This document shows, piece by piece, positions 41,600-53,942 of a stretch of 64,000 bases of DNA (position 1 is its first letter; every line of letters starts with the position of its first letter). The notes beneath the pieces are model-generated. The model saw nothing but the letters and a program-made list of their open reading frames with translations. It made no database searches and had not been told where the DNA came from. Where the stretch lies: contig CAXHJY010000856.1 of assembly GCA_964016885.1 (NCBI GenBank), positions 62,001 to 126,000 of the forward strand. The letters are read 5' to 3'. Both the position numbers and the translations under genes were made by a program. The DNA comes from Eledone cirrhosa. Taxonomy: Eukaryota.

Positions 41600-42050
41600 T
41601 TTTCATGTGTAGTGTGCACATTGATATTATACACAAATATATATGCATGTAGATATGATATGTCAAATAAATAGTATATTGACAAAATGCACAGAAATTG
41701 ACGAGAGACTGTGTTACACTCTCTTCTGTAATCACTAAAGTAATCCACAATACATTTAAAAAAGATGAAATTGTATGTAAACTGCATTACGGCGAAATGT
41801 TATAAAAACAGAAAAGGAGAAAATGAGATGAGCAATGGAAATATGATGTAAATATAGCACACGGCGAAGTATTATGATATGACAGACACTAAGGGAAGTG
41901 TTGACATTTAAAAATTTTAAAAGAAGTGAATCTTGAAATAAGCAATACATGTATAAGATTATTTATGTTTAATCAAGAGATACGAAATTTAGTATATAAA
42001 TTACATAATATTCATTCATGATTTATTCAAAGTAATCCAACTTATTTTAA
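41600..42050 (-). repeat. unclassified AT-rich interspersed repeat, inverted relative to 58,750-59,140
   Basis: Shared AATAAGTTGGATTACTTTGAATAAAT..ATGAATGAATATTA and AAGATTCACTTCTTT..AAATGTCAACACTTCC. Confidence 0.7.
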
Positions 42051-42109
42051 TAACGTGTTGTAAAAAATAAAGCTGACACAGTTTCACAGTTCTCTAGTCA
42101 TTATATATT

Positions 42110-42296
42110 AGGTGGATTGGCAGTATCGGTAGAAGGTCGGACGTCATGCTTTGACGCATAGAGTTACGGCCCTTTCCATTCTGAGTTCAAATCCCGCCGA
42201 GGTCAACTTTGCCTTTCATCCTTACGGGGTCGATAAAATAAAGTACCAGTAATGTACTGGATAATTGCTGGCCTTGTGCCAAAAGTAGAAACAATT
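42110..42296 (+). mobile_element. short tRNA-like SINE
   Basis: GGTGGATTGGCAGTATCGGTAGA..GAGTTCAAATCCCGCCGAGG..GCCTTTCATCCTTACGGGGTCGATAAAATAAAGTACCAG. Confidence 0.8.
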
Positions 42297-42335
42297 ATAT
42301 ATTAGATAGTAGCGAAAGGGTTAAGAGCCACCTAC

Positions 42336-42692
42336 CTGTCCAATAATGCCAACAATTCCAATCGGTCAAAATGTATTTTGATGTATTTATTAGGAAACAA
42401 CCAGAATTTGTAGAACTGCTTTGGTTTGTCAATTGACCGATGACCTGATGAGACCTCTGTTACAGATGGACTATCTGAGATATCATCAACATTCTGGTGA
42501 TTAATGCCAAAAGGTTCTACTAAACCCCATTGGGACTCAATCTGCCATGGATAAAATGCTTGAGGTGTACGCATGTTGGTATGGAAGTCAAGCGACCTGT
42601 CGCGGCATACAGCGGTTTGCTCTTCTCTCTTTGGTGATGGTTCGATGACCACTGGTGAGCCAGATCCACTGCTTGAAGAACTTTCATGAAAA
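42336..42692 (-). CDS. PCNX: pecanex exon (357 nt, phase 2-2) SFHESSSS...KQFYKFWLFPNKYIKIHFDRLELLALLD
   Basis: Acceptor TTTTGTAG|, donor CAG|GTAGGT; FDRLxLLALxDR motif. Confidence 0.94.
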
Positions 42693-42943
42693 CTACAAAA
42701 ATAAAACACACATTATGAAATATATTAAAACACATATGATTGAGGATGGCAAGGACAAATTTGAGATTTGATGCTGACAAAATTGACATTGCAAAGATTG
42801 ACAGATACTAATTCAAGGGGGAAACATTCTATATAGCATTATGGAATGTAACATATTACAGAATATATTATAACACATTATAGAATAAAACATTGTGGAA
42901 TATATTGGACAAGTTATAAAATATAGCATATATAACATTCATA

Positions 42944-43305
42944 ATCATCATCATCCCCATTTTACAACCATTTTTTCCACACTAGCATGGGTTAGACGAG
43001 TTGTCCTGTTGTGGGCAATGCTAGGTCAGGTGACCATGTCTTGTTCATACAGAACTGATTTTGGCTTGGTTTCTACAGCTGGATGCCCTTCCTAACACCA
43101 ACCTCATTTAGAGCAAGTACTGGGTGTTTTTTGTTGAGATACCTACACGACCACTTTACAGAGTGGACTGGGTGCTTTTTGTCGCGACACGTACACGACC
43201 ACTTTACAGTGTGGACTAGATGACACTTTATAGTGTGGACTAGATGACACTTTATAGTGTGGACCGGGGACTTTTAGCGTGACACCTACACAACCACTTC
43301 ACAGA
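42944..43305 (-). mobile_element. SINE 3' part with (TGA)n tail and internal tandem repeats
   Basis: TTTCTACAGCTGGATGCCCTTCCTAACACCAACC core shared with 51.5, 57.3 and 58.4 kb. Confidence 0.7.
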
Positions 43306-43451
43306 ATATGATAACATACATAATGAAATATAACACTTTATGGAATGTATTAGTTATTTAACAGATTATAACACACATCACGAAACAACACTTTATAAAA
43401 TATATTATAACACACACATAACATGAGTGACAATTGAGTCTGTAATCATAC

Positions 43452-43542
43452 CTTTTATCATTGGACTTTACTAGATCCATATCTATAACTCCTTGGGCTA
43501 CACCCGAGCTGTTCTCTCCAAATGTATAAGTAAACCAATTAC
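43452..43542 (-). CDS. PCNX: pecanex exon (91 nt, phase 1-2) GNWFTYTFGENSSGVAQGVIDMDLVKSNDK
   Basis: Acceptor TTTTTTCAG|, donor AAG|GTATGA; completes the FQDExGNWxTYTF motif. Confidence 0.93.
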
Positions 43543-44447
43543 CTGAAAAAAGAACCCAAAATCAAAAAAACAATACAATACATAGGCATTCATGAGAAGT
43601 TGTGGCAATTATGCCTTTCCACACAACTTGCCAATAAGAACAAAAGTGAGAATGGCTCAGTGGATAAGTGGAGTATTGTGCAGAGAGATGTTTATTCTCA
43701 AACATTTTATGAATGGCAAAAATAAATTACAAAAGATGATAGGAATAAAGCCAGTGATAAATGTTGCAAAGAGATATGTAATGAGATGATTGGGTGATAT
43801 ATTGAGGAAGAATGAGAGTAACTAGGCGAGAGATGTAATGGAAATTGATGAAAACATAACATGGCTAAAGCTGACGGAGAAGGAAATGAATGCCAAAATG
43901 GAGAAAGCTTGTTATAGAGTCCTTCTTTAGTTAGTAAGGAAAATGGCTTTAAAATACTAAAGTTGCATTTTCTGACACCAGCAATAGAAAAAAAGATGTC
44001 AGAATTGGGGGGATTTGAACTTAAGACAAGGTACAGAATGAATACAGTAAAGAAAAAAAGCTTAGAGACTATAGCATTACTGACATTTTCATAGGCATGA
44101 TGACTAAGAGGAAGAAGACGATGTCTTGTAATATTCATGCCGCTCCTAATCACCTATATGTATATCTAATACTTTAGATATAGACTCCATATTTCTAAAT
44201 ATCACCCACACACATAAATTTATACATAAACTATACACTCTAAATTATAATTCAAGTGTCATATTACACACACCAACCACAGATATTATACATTCATTTA
44301 AACACATCATCATACTATATACACATTTTATCCAATTTTTCTCTCAACTTCAATGTTCATGCACAATAGTAACACACATATCTTCTACATTCACTGTCCG
44401 TGTCTCACTATCATGCAACATTGCACTTCGCAAGCAGAATTCATGGT

Positions 44448-45068
44448 CATATTAAACACACCAACCGCACACTATATATCAGTATAAACACAAACTATAT
44501 ACACTAAACAATATTTTAAGACCCATATTAAACACACCAACCACACACTATTGTTCAGTATAAACACAAACTATATACACTAAACAATATTTTAAGACCC
44601 ATATTAAACACACCAACCACACACTATTGTTCAGTATAAACACAAACTATATACACTAAACAATATTTTAAGACCCATATTAAACACACCAACCACACAC
44701 TATTGTTCAGTATAAACACAAACTATATACACTAAACAATATTTTAAGACCCATATTAAACACACCAACCACACACTATTGTTCAGTATAAACACAAACT
44801 ATATACACTAAACAATATTTTAAGACCCATATTAAACACACCAACCACAGACTATTGTTCAGTATAAACACAAACTATATACACTAAACAATATTTTAAG
44901 ACCCATATTAAACACACCAACCACACACTATTGTTCAGTATAAACACAAACTATATACACTAAACAATATTTTAAGACCCATATTAAACACACCAACCAC
45001 ACACTATTGTTCAGTATAAACACAAACTATATACACTAAACAATATTTCAAGACCCATATTAAACACA
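44448..45068. repeat. 76-bp minisatellite, ~8 near-identical copies
   Basis: CATATTAAACACACCAACCACACACTATTGTTCAGTATAAACACAAACTATATACACTAAACAATATTTTAAGACC; units start at 44,448, 44,524, 44,600 and so on. Confidence 0.97.
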
Positions 45069-45110
45069 GCAGGCATAACAACAGAAAAACAGGATGTCCC
45101 AAGGACCTAC

Positions 45111-45277
45111 CCATTTCATCTTGAAAATAATGCATGGCCCCTTCAGTTGTGTCATCGTGGGAAGAGGCTAGGTGCCCACCAGCAATGATATTGAAGAGTG
45201 CAGCACGCAGTGGTGGTGAGCGCCGCGTGTGCACTCGACGCACGTTCACACGACCAATTTCTCGACGATAACGAAGC
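45111..45277 (-). CDS. PCNX: pecanex exon (167 nt, phase 2-1) LRYRREIG...GGHLASSHDDTTEGAMHYFQDEM
   Basis: Acceptor TGTTTTTCAG|, donor TGG|GTAGGT; Pecanex DDTxxGAxHxFQDE motif. Confidence 0.93.
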
Positions 45278-45343
45278 CTGAAAAACATTACAAATATATT
45301 TTAAAAATTAGAATTGGTGCTCTGAAATAGCGATATATATATA

Positions 45344-45604
45344 TGAATGTATATACAGTGTATTTTGCAATACACTGTATGCTTAATTTAAAGCATTTTG
45401 AAGACCTTACGCTATTGTTTTAAAGTAGCGACAATGTCACTTACTTCAATTTTCAGCAAACAGGGGAGAGAGAGGAGAGATAAGCTGTTTGCTGAAAATT
45501 GAAGTAAGTTACATTGTCGCTACTTTAAAACAATAGCGTAAGGTCTTCAAAATGCTTTTAATTAAGCATACAGTGTATTGCAAAATACACTATATATACA
45601 TTCA
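45344..45604. repeat. long inverted repeat, 120-bp arms, 21-nt purine spacer
   Basis: 45,344-45,463 versus 45,485-45,604 with about 3 mismatches. Confidence 0.93.
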
Positions 45605-46508
45605 AATATATTTTAGTTAAAACATTCAAAAACATCTTTAATTTCTTGGGAGTTGTTTCATCCCACTTAGCTATGTACTCTCGATGGAGTACAAGGCTAA
45701 ATGGATGAGTGGACCCTAGTTAGTGTATATGGCTAAATGATTGAGTACACCCTAAAGTATAATGTTAAATGGATGAGTGGACCCTAACTAGAATACAAGG
45801 CTAAATGATTTAGAAGGCCCTAGTTGGTGTGCTTAGCTAAGTGGTTAAGTAGATGTTCCACTGATCACAGGTTCAAATCTAATTACAGTGCCTTCTACCT
45901 TCACACATAGTTTATCTTAATAATCAATATATAAAGGCAGAAGTCTACCTAAGCTATAACAGTCTTATAGACAAGGCACTCGCCTCATTTCAGTCTAGCT
46001 AGCTGTGTAGTGTACCTTAGACAAGACACAGCACTACCCACAGTTTACCTAGCAATGAAATATAGCTACCATTGTATCTTGTACCTTAAACACCACTCTG
46101 CTTGCCATAGTCTATCTAGCTATGTAATATGGCTGCCACTGTAATTTGGTCCTTTGACAAGACACACCATTCACCACAGTTTATCTAGTTGTGTGATATA
46201 GCGACCAGTGTATTGTGGACCTTAGACAAGACACACAACTCACAGCCTACCAAGCTATGTAATATAATTCTCACTGCAAAAAAAAAAGTCATTTTAGCCA
46301 TTCAAAAAAACACAAAAACTGTTAAATTCACTTTACATATTTATCTTACATTTTTTGGTGTCAAAATGTTTGTCACATTGTTTGCGGCATGGATAATGAC
46401 ATAGTTCCACTAATAATTGCAATGTAACTGTGTGAGTAGTCAGGTAACAAAAAAGGCAACACTAAGAAATAAATGATAAATGTATTTATATATGTGTATG
46501 TGTGTTAA

Positions 46509-46732
46509 CCCTATAGCATTTAAACTGGCCGTATCCAGCCAGAATTCTCTCACCTCTTTCTGATCAAACAGGCTGCTCATGCTTATGTTGAGGTATTGTT
46601 TTCAAAATAAATATCAAAATCTTAGATTCGATATTATGTGATATAATTATGTGAGGTAAAGACTCTACCGTGAAAATATAATGGTAAATACAATGATGAT
46701 GATGATGATAGAGTAATGTAAATGCTAAAGGG
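46509..46732 (+). mobile_element. piggyBac-type MITE
   Basis: TTAA|CCCTATAGCATTTA...TAAATGCTAAAGGG|TTAA. Confidence 0.85.
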
Positions 46733-46853
46733 TTAATGGCTAAAATGACTCTTCCGCTATGTAATTGCTTTAGTTTCAATACACAGCCTCAGATCAAGTA
46801 CAAGTACAGCTTCGAAATTGTTCTCACTGTTAACAGAGAAATTATCGACAAAC

Positions 46854-47031
46854 CTTCTCATTTGTGAATCATCTTTGTTTAGAATATCTTTGAGAGGAAG
46901 GAGAGCAGATGCTTCAGTTGGTGTCACTGACTTAGAATCAGTGGATCTAGTATCACCGTCTTCTTGAGTTGTTCCACCAATGGCACCAAGTTCTGCTGGA
47001 GATGTGGCTTTGTCTTTCATCAACGTTGGCT
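46854..47031 (-). CDS. PCNX: pecanex exon (178 nt, phase 1-2) KPTLMKDKATSPAELG...NKDDSQMR
   Basis: Acceptor TATTTACAG|, donor AAG|GTTTGT, phase-consistent with neighbours. Confidence 0.82.
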
Positions 47032-47754
47032 CTGTAAATAGATTTTATCAAATTTGTATTTTGTTTGTTTTAACAATGATTTCCAAACAGGAGGCAATTC
47101 ACACCCAGGGGAAAAAAACTTTTGCCAAGTGAAGAATTGGTGATGAATCTTAGTCAAGGGAGGAATCCAAACTGAGAAAGAATAGTGTACATTGTGTATA
47201 TATATATCAAATGCAATACTGATATATCCAACTATAAAGATGATCATGAATATACCCAACTATAAGGATAATCTGTTAAAAGAAAAATGCTGCTTCAGAC
47301 TCAATCCCATTTAGGACTATACAATTATTGAGGCTTGAAAAGCTTGCTCAATGGGGAGGAACTTTGGAAACTTGTGATTGGAAGGGGAAGAACGTGACTG
47401 GTTTAATAGTTGAACTAATCATTAGAATTGGGGAATCTGGATGACAAAAAGTGATAAAGAGACTGCAACAAATGGTGAGATGCTGTGCTGAAAGTTTGCC
47501 CAATTCATGTAAGTATGGATAAGAAGACAAAATGAATATGATATATACATGTTTTCCTTCATCAAATGTGCTATGTGAGAGTAAAAACAGTAAATATGCT
47601 GACCTTTTAACCTGCTTTTTTCACTTTGGTCCTCATTTCGGAAATATGATTTTTCTATAAAACACGAAGAGAAAAAATTTACAGGAGAAACATAAATATA
47701 GAAAAAATAAAATCAATTTAAAAACTTATAAAGCACCATTTATATGAACACAAA

Positions 47755-48025
47755 TACTCGGGCATTCGTATAGAGACATCAGGGCAGCTTCGATACTATG
47801 GGCATGTGGTTAGAATGTCTCAGGAAAGAATCGCTGGACTGATTTTATGGGTGAAACCAACAGGTAGGAGACCCAGGTGTACACCCCCAAGCAAAATGGT
47901 TGGATAAAATCCATGAGCTTGGCTGGTCAAGCTTGGGAACCCAGCCGGATCAGTTGGAGACAGTTGATTCTGACAGGATCTGCTGGAGAGAGTGTTTGAG
48001 GAGACTGCCCACACGGCCCTCTCAG
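47755..48025 (+). mobile_element. degenerate RTE LINE 3' fragment
   Basis: QLRYYGHVVRMSQERIAGLILWVKPTGRRPR; similar to 49,340-49,640. Confidence 0.7.
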
Positions 48026-48365
48026 GAATAAGTGGGCAAAGAAGAACTTATAAAACAATTGGGCAGATTTGAAAATTTGAAAATCTGTTTGCTTTTTGAA
48101 AAGCTGCCACAATACAGTTGAACAGGAGATGGAAAAAAGTTTTATTTTCCAAAGAAAAGTATGGCAGTGACTTTGAACTTGTGGTGATGGAGCAGTCTGA
48201 AGAGGCAACCTCACCAGAACTTTAAAATCAATGCCACTAGGTGGCCTTGGGCAGGTAGGTAGGTCAGTTTTCAGGTGGGTGGACAGATAGAGAGGTAGAT
48301 ACATTGGCAGATAGATAAATATATAGATGGATATATAAAAAGATTGTGTGTTCAAAGTGACTTAC

Positions 48366-48500
48366 TGGTTGGCTGAACAACAGCTTTCAGTTTGCGCATC
48401 TTCTCAGGAAATTCATTGTTGTCATCTAATATTTCAATGATATTTCGACACAGTGTTTCTGGATCGGGTGGATCTGGAGACGCAGCAAACGGCCCTTCAT
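48366..48500 (-). CDS. PCNX: pecanex exon (135 nt, phase 1-1) DEGPFAASPDPPDPETLCRNIIEILDDNNEFPEKMRKLKAVVQPT
   Basis: Acceptor TTTCCCTTGAAG|, donor CCA|GTAAGT, open frame; not in the ORF track. Confidence 0.82.
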
Positions 48501-49164
48501 CTTCAAGGGAAACAATATATATATAAAACACACATTACATATGACAGCTTGCTAAATTAGGTTGTATATAAAGTTTAGAATAGGTACAGTGTCAGAAGAA
48601 GCAACGAAAAGGGTTAGTGTCAAGAAGGACATTTGGCTATAAAACGGGAAGTCCTGTCCAATCCATGCCAGCATAGAAAAGTCAACATAAAATCGATGAA
48701 GACATAATCAATAACACTACCATCTTTTGCAAAGCATCAGGTGGATGTTGCCCCATGGATTCAGTAGACTGAAATGCAAATGTGTTACCCCAGAAGTTAG
48801 CAAAGGATGCACTGAAAGAACCAGTCTAATAAGCAAGGCTCATTTTTGTAGATGGTAATCTCAGTACTGATCACAGGCAGTAGCGAGGTGGCTCAAAGAC
48901 ACAGAACACCTGATGAATGTGATGATAAACCTGGCAGAGAGTGGCCAGTACTTTGACAGCTTGTGATGTTAAGCTTGTTGGACAATAGAGCTGGGTCGCT
49001 GTTGGAGAAAGTATCACTGCAGGTTATATCCCAGCATCAGATATGCCAGGTCTGATGACCACATCAGTTCTAAACACCAGCTTAATAACAAGAAAGTTAT
49101 ATTACCAAATCATTCAAATTCTTTATTTTCAAAATCATTTAAAAAAACCCACATGTGAATAGAG

Positions 49165-49640
49165 TTTGAGTGAAACAGGTAGAGAAGTTCAAGTGTCTCA
49201 AGGCCGTGTTCACAAGTGATGGATGGCAGGAGGCTGAATTAAGTGCAAGAACTGCAGGAGATGGTGCAGTAATATGCCAACTTCAGTATTCAGTAATCAG
49301 AAGAAGGGATGTAGGTGCAAAAGCCAAACTTGCTAAATCAATATCTCCAAGATCAGAGAGTCATTCCAAGTAGAGCCACTACTTCTCTGAATTGAAAGAT
49401 CACCACTCCAATACTGTGGGCCTCTGGTTAGAATGTCTCAGGAAAGAATCGCTGGACAGATTTTATAGGCAAAAACCAACTGGCAGGAGACCCAGGGGTA
49501 GACCTTGAGCGAGATGGTTGGATAACATTCATGAGCTTGGCTGGTCTCACTTGGGGATCCATCCGGATCAGTTGGAGATGGTTGCTTCTGACAGGACCCG
49601 CTGGAAGGAGTGTTTGAGAACTCTGCCCCAACAGCCTTCC
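49165..49640 (+). mobile_element. degenerate RTE LINE fragment (Expander/Rex3-like)
   Basis: VKQVEKFKCLKAVFTSDG...VICQLQYSVIRRRDVGAKAKL, then a KPTGRRPRGRP-like C-terminal segment. Confidence 0.72.
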
Positions 49641-49721
49641 CATTTTTATAAAATCCTAGATAGTGTCTTTCATTAGAACTATGGCAATGAAAGGGTTAAA
49701 TCAAGAGGGCAAGTTACTTAC

Positions 49722-50009
49722 CTGATGGACTACTGGACATAGTCTGTGTCTGTGGATCAGTAGACTGCTTTAAGGAATATTTCTTTGGAATGGCACCACA
49801 CTGCTTCAAATCCAGCTCATCCTGGCTGGGGCTGCTTGGTGACGTGTTATCGTGTTCCTTAAGCAAGTGATACTGACCGGGCTGTTCACGGTCTCCAGCT
49901 GGGCTTATATCATCATCAAAGCCATCAACACCTGTAGCAGCGGGGCTCGTGTCGTCGTTGGTGATTGTGCTTGTTGACTCCGACACCTCCAGTTGAGAGC
50001 GACTCTCAC
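49722..50009 (-). CDS. PCNX: pecanex exon (288 nt, phase 1-1), acidic Ser-rich region ESRSQLEVSESTS...QTQTMSSSPS
   Basis: Acceptor CCGGCCAG|GT, donor CAG|GTAAGT, open frame, phase matches the next exon. Confidence 0.85.
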
Positions 50010-50044
50010 CTGGCCGGAGACATGGAGACACATATAGAAAAACA

Positions 50045-50216
50045 TATATATACATATCTATACACTCACACACATACATACATACATACCTACATACACA
50101 CACAGGCGTACACACTCACATACAGATATATATATGTGTGTATATATACATATATATACACACACAAACATACATGCACTGGCGTACACACTCATACAGA
50201 TATTTTTATGTGTGTG

Positions 50217-50264
<48 letters not shown>

Positions 50265-50290
50265 CACACACATATACACACATTCACACT
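50045..50290. repeat. compound (CA)/(TA) microsatellite
   Basis: Direct inspection. Confidence 0.9.
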
Positions 50291-50423
50291 AATGTACTAA
50301 CGTTTTATAGGTTTTATCTGAACAATGTATATGAATGGGTGTAAATATTTGTATGTCTTTATATATGTATATGGCAAGGACAGGTGTTGATCAACATGTA
50401 CATGTACTCAATTACACACTTAA

Positions 50424-50631
50424 CCCTTTAGCATTTAAACTGGCTGTATCTGGCCAGAATTCTCTCACCGCTTTTCGTTCAAACTGGTTGTAACCAGCCG
50501 CTCATACTGATATTAATGTATTGTTCTCAAAATAAATAATATCAAAATCTCATAGATTTGATATTATGTGAGATAAAGCCTTTACCATGAAAATATAATA
50601 GTAAATATAAAGTAATGTAAATGCTAAAGGG
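50424..50631 (+). mobile_element. piggyBac-type MITE
   Basis: TTAA|CCCTTTAGCATTTA...TAAATGCTAAAGGG|CTAA. Confidence 0.85.
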
Positions 50632-51475
50632 CTAAATATTTTATAGATTATAGGTGAAAAAGCATGTAACTATGTAAATGTTGTATAAGCATGTGAATAT
50701 GTATGTATAAATGTGTGTATGAAAAGGCAAGGAACCAATCATTGGATCATACCAAAGAAACTGTTTCCATTGGACTTTCCATTGTTGATACTATTTCCCC
50801 ATTGCAACGCCTGGAAGAAGGAGGAAGAGGCGGGATTTGAACGCAGTATGTACAGACTGAATTAGATACCAAAAAAGAAACCCCATCCAGCTCTTTATCA
50901 ATTCTGCCAATCCACTACACCAGAACTGGTAATTAATTTATCAACACTAAAAGGATGAAAGGTAAAATTGTCCTTGCAGGGATTTGACCTCAGAGTACAG
51001 TTATCTATACACACACACACATTAAAAAACAAATTAAACTTTTTTTAAATGTGTTATTTGTTGATGTTGTTATTGGTTTATTGATGCTGAGCAGAACTGT
51101 GACCAAAGATGTTTCAGTTCTGCTTGTCTTGTTTTTTTCTTTATAAACTATATTGTCAAATGTGTTACTTTTGTTTAACTTTGAAGATAGGTCTAATTTG
51201 AGAAAGATTTAGCTGCTACTTCTATGTCAAGAAACTCTATTAGGAGTCTCATTTGCTGGGTTATTGATGCTGTTACTTTTGTTATTAGTAAGTGACAGTA
51301 TTGTTAGTGTTTTTGATGCTGGGTGGTGGTCATTCATGCCGTTGTTTTTGACTGATATTACTGTTGTTGTTGTGACTAGTTGTTTGTTTTTTTGTTTTGC
51401 TAGCCCTCGGCCAGCTTTGAATTACCAGAACTGAGGAAGAGAGAGATAGAGAGTGGTGAGTGGTGGGTGTGTACA

Positions 51476-51506
<31 letters not shown>

Positions 51507-51508
51507 TA

Positions 51509-51837
51509 TCATCATCATTTTACGTCTGCTTTTCCCTGCTTGCAAGGGTGGGACGGGAACTGATTCTGGCTTGATTTCTACAGCTGGATGCTCTTCCTAA
51601 CACCAACCTCATTTACAGTGAGTGCTGGATGCTTTTTTTCCGTGGCGCCTACATGTCCACTTTACAATGTGGGCTGGGTGCTTCTTTGCCGTGGCACCTC
51701 CACGACCACTTTGCAGTGGAATGATAGGGACTGGGGTCCCTATCATCTCATTTCTACAGCTGAGTAAACTGGAGCAATATGAAATAAAGTGTCTTGCTCA
51801 AGGACACAACACATCACCCGGTCTGAGAATTGAACTC
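51509..51837 (-). mobile_element. composite SINE with (TGA)n tail; inverted twin of 57,083-57,415
   Basis: Long stretches are near-exact reverse complements of the 57 kb copy. Confidence 0.85.
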
Positions 51838-51970
51838 TATAAATACATATATATATTGCTATAGAAATTTGTTGTGCTCATAATAAATTGATATATATAT
51901 ATGTTTATCCCGGGTTCAATTGGGGGGGTAACCACAGTAAGTAATGTACTCAATACATAGCAGAGTATAA

Positions 51971-52101
51971 ATATTTAATATAGAAATGGCTTCTACAGGA
52001 CTAGAACTGTTTCATTCAGAGGAAATCATCAGGAAAGCCCTGATGATTTCCTCCAAATGAAACAGTTCTAGTCCTGAAGAAGCCATTTCTATATTAAATA
52101 T
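51971..52101. repeat. palindrome (63-bp arms) containing hammerhead core motifs
   Basis: 51,971-52,033 versus 52,039-52,101; CTGATGA...GAAAC in both arms. Confidence 0.9.
51988..52039 (-). ncRNA. putative type I hammerhead ribozyme (imperfect stem II)
   Basis: GGCUUUC-CUGAUGA-U UUC CUCU GAA U-GAA-ACAG UUCUAGUC CUGU-A-GAAGCC; GUA cleavage triplet. Confidence 0.5.
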
Positions 52102-52368
52102 GTATATATATATATATATGTGTGTTTGTATATGTGTGTTTGTATGTGTGAATGTATATATGTATGTATATGTATTTATATGTGTGTGTGTGGAAGCTAT
52201 CTAGGTATATGAGGTGGATAAACTGCGTTTTTGTTTGTATATGTCTGAGTGTTCTGTGAATTCTAAAGTAGAGTAGTCAAACAACTAATGCTATTGGTGT
52301 AGGGGTTATAGTTGTTGCTGCTTGCATTTAACAACAACAATATAAATTATTCTTTACTGTCAGATTAA

Positions 52369-52710
52369 CCCTTTAGCATTTAAACCAGCCGTATCCAGCC
52401 AGAATTCTCTCACCTCTTCCTGTTCAAACTGGTTGTAACCAGCCACTCACACTGATGTTAAGGTGTTGTTTTCAAAATAAATAATATCAAAATCTCAGAT
52501 TTGATATTATGTGAGGTGATAGTGAGTTTGAAAAGAATGTGACATCTTTTTACACGTATCTATGTGGTTATTCATTTTGTATTTCTGGACTTTCGGCAGT
52601 TTTCTACACTACAAATAACTGTGTCAAGTACATCTTCGAGTTACTTTCAGGTCTCGAATAATCCTCCACCACTCCCATAGTAAATATAGAGTAATGTAAA
52701 TGTTAAAGGG
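52369..52710 (+). mobile_element. piggyBac-type MITE with ~160-bp foreign internal segment
   Basis: TTAA|CCCTTTAGCATTTA...TAAATGTTAAAGGG|TTAA; ~52,518-52,676 is absent from other copies. Confidence 0.8.
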
Positions 52711-52779
52711 TTAAACCTGGTGTATGATGTTGTCAGAGTGTCAGGCTGAAGCTGGGACATGGCAGTCCAGTTTTGGCTT

Positions 52780-52960
52780 GAGAGGGAGAGAGAGAGAGGA
52801 GAGAGAGAGAGAGAGGGGGGGAGAGAGAGGAGAGAGAGAAGGGAGACAGAGAGAGGAGAGAGAGAGAAGAGAGAGAGAAGAGAGAGGGGAGAGAGGAGAG
52901 AGAGGAGAGAGAGGAGAGAGAGGAGAGAGAGGAGAGAGAGGAGAGAGAGAAGAGAAGAGA
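52780..52960. repeat. polypurine (GA)n / (GGAGAGAGA)n tract
   Basis: Direct inspection. Confidence 0.95.
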
Positions 52961-53283
52961 AAATAACATAAATATGGTGTCTTTACAGTAAAGTGACCAC
53001 CACAAAGGCAAATGAAAGTGAATATTCCATTGACAAATATTCTACATAGCTACATGACCTATTCAATAGGAGACCGTATATATATTTGAAAATATAGTCA
53101 CCACAATGATCATAACTATAATAACAGTTGATTAAAATCAGGTAAAGTAAAAAAAAAGGACAAAGTGGACAAGTAACCCAGGAGATGAAAAATGTTCTAT
53201 CTCCAAGAGTATTTTGCCTAAATTTATTCTACTACTATTTATAGTTATCTTCATTGTGGCAACTATAATTTCAAGTCAATCAA

Positions 53284-53337
<54 letters not shown>

Positions 53338-53364
53338 GAAAGTGAACAACACAAAATATAGCTA

Positions 53365-53432
53365 CTCTATTACCAAAGGTTTCTGCATCCCAGACAATAT
53401 TAATATATGTCTGGATCGGTCATCAGACAATG
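53365..53432 (-). ncRNA. degenerate type I hammerhead-like motif
   Basis: UUGU-CUGAUGA-[CCGAUCCAGACA...UGUCUGGGAUGCA]-GAA-ACC UUU GGU-A-AUAG; base of stem II mismatched. Confidence 0.4.
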
Positions 53433-53942
53433 ATGTTATGGATAAAAAATATGAAATGAGATTTAAAATCTGTTAAAAATTGGAAGTCATAGTAGTACAG
53501 TTCTGTTACAAATATAAATTTGGTTAGCACTCACGAGCTTTTGAGACATCATTGTTGAATGAGTTACAGTGAGCAACTAAGACTATGGAAAACTGTTTCC
53601 TATTGTCTTGGTATATATATATATATATATATAGCTGTAGAAAGCTTGTGGGTCCCCTTTAGTTGTCAAGGACATGACAACCTCCTTAGTGTTGATGGTT
53701 ATCTACACTATAAAAGCACCCAGTTTACACTGTAAAGTGGTTGGTGTTACGAAGGGCATCCAGCTGTAGAAAGTTTGCCAAACAAAGGGTTGGGAAGACC
53801 TTTAAGTTTGTATGAAAAGACAACTTCTCCACACTTGAGAATGTATGACTGTACATAAGCGAGATGCAGGCCCCTCTGCCTGTATTGACTTAGATTATGT
53901 AGATCCATCCAGCACATCCTAGCAGGGAAAGCAGACCGTAAA

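Noticed and set aside
43592-44153. ORFs of 65 and 148 aa
   Set aside because: They lie within a phase-consistent pecanex intron and have no recognisable domain or splice support.
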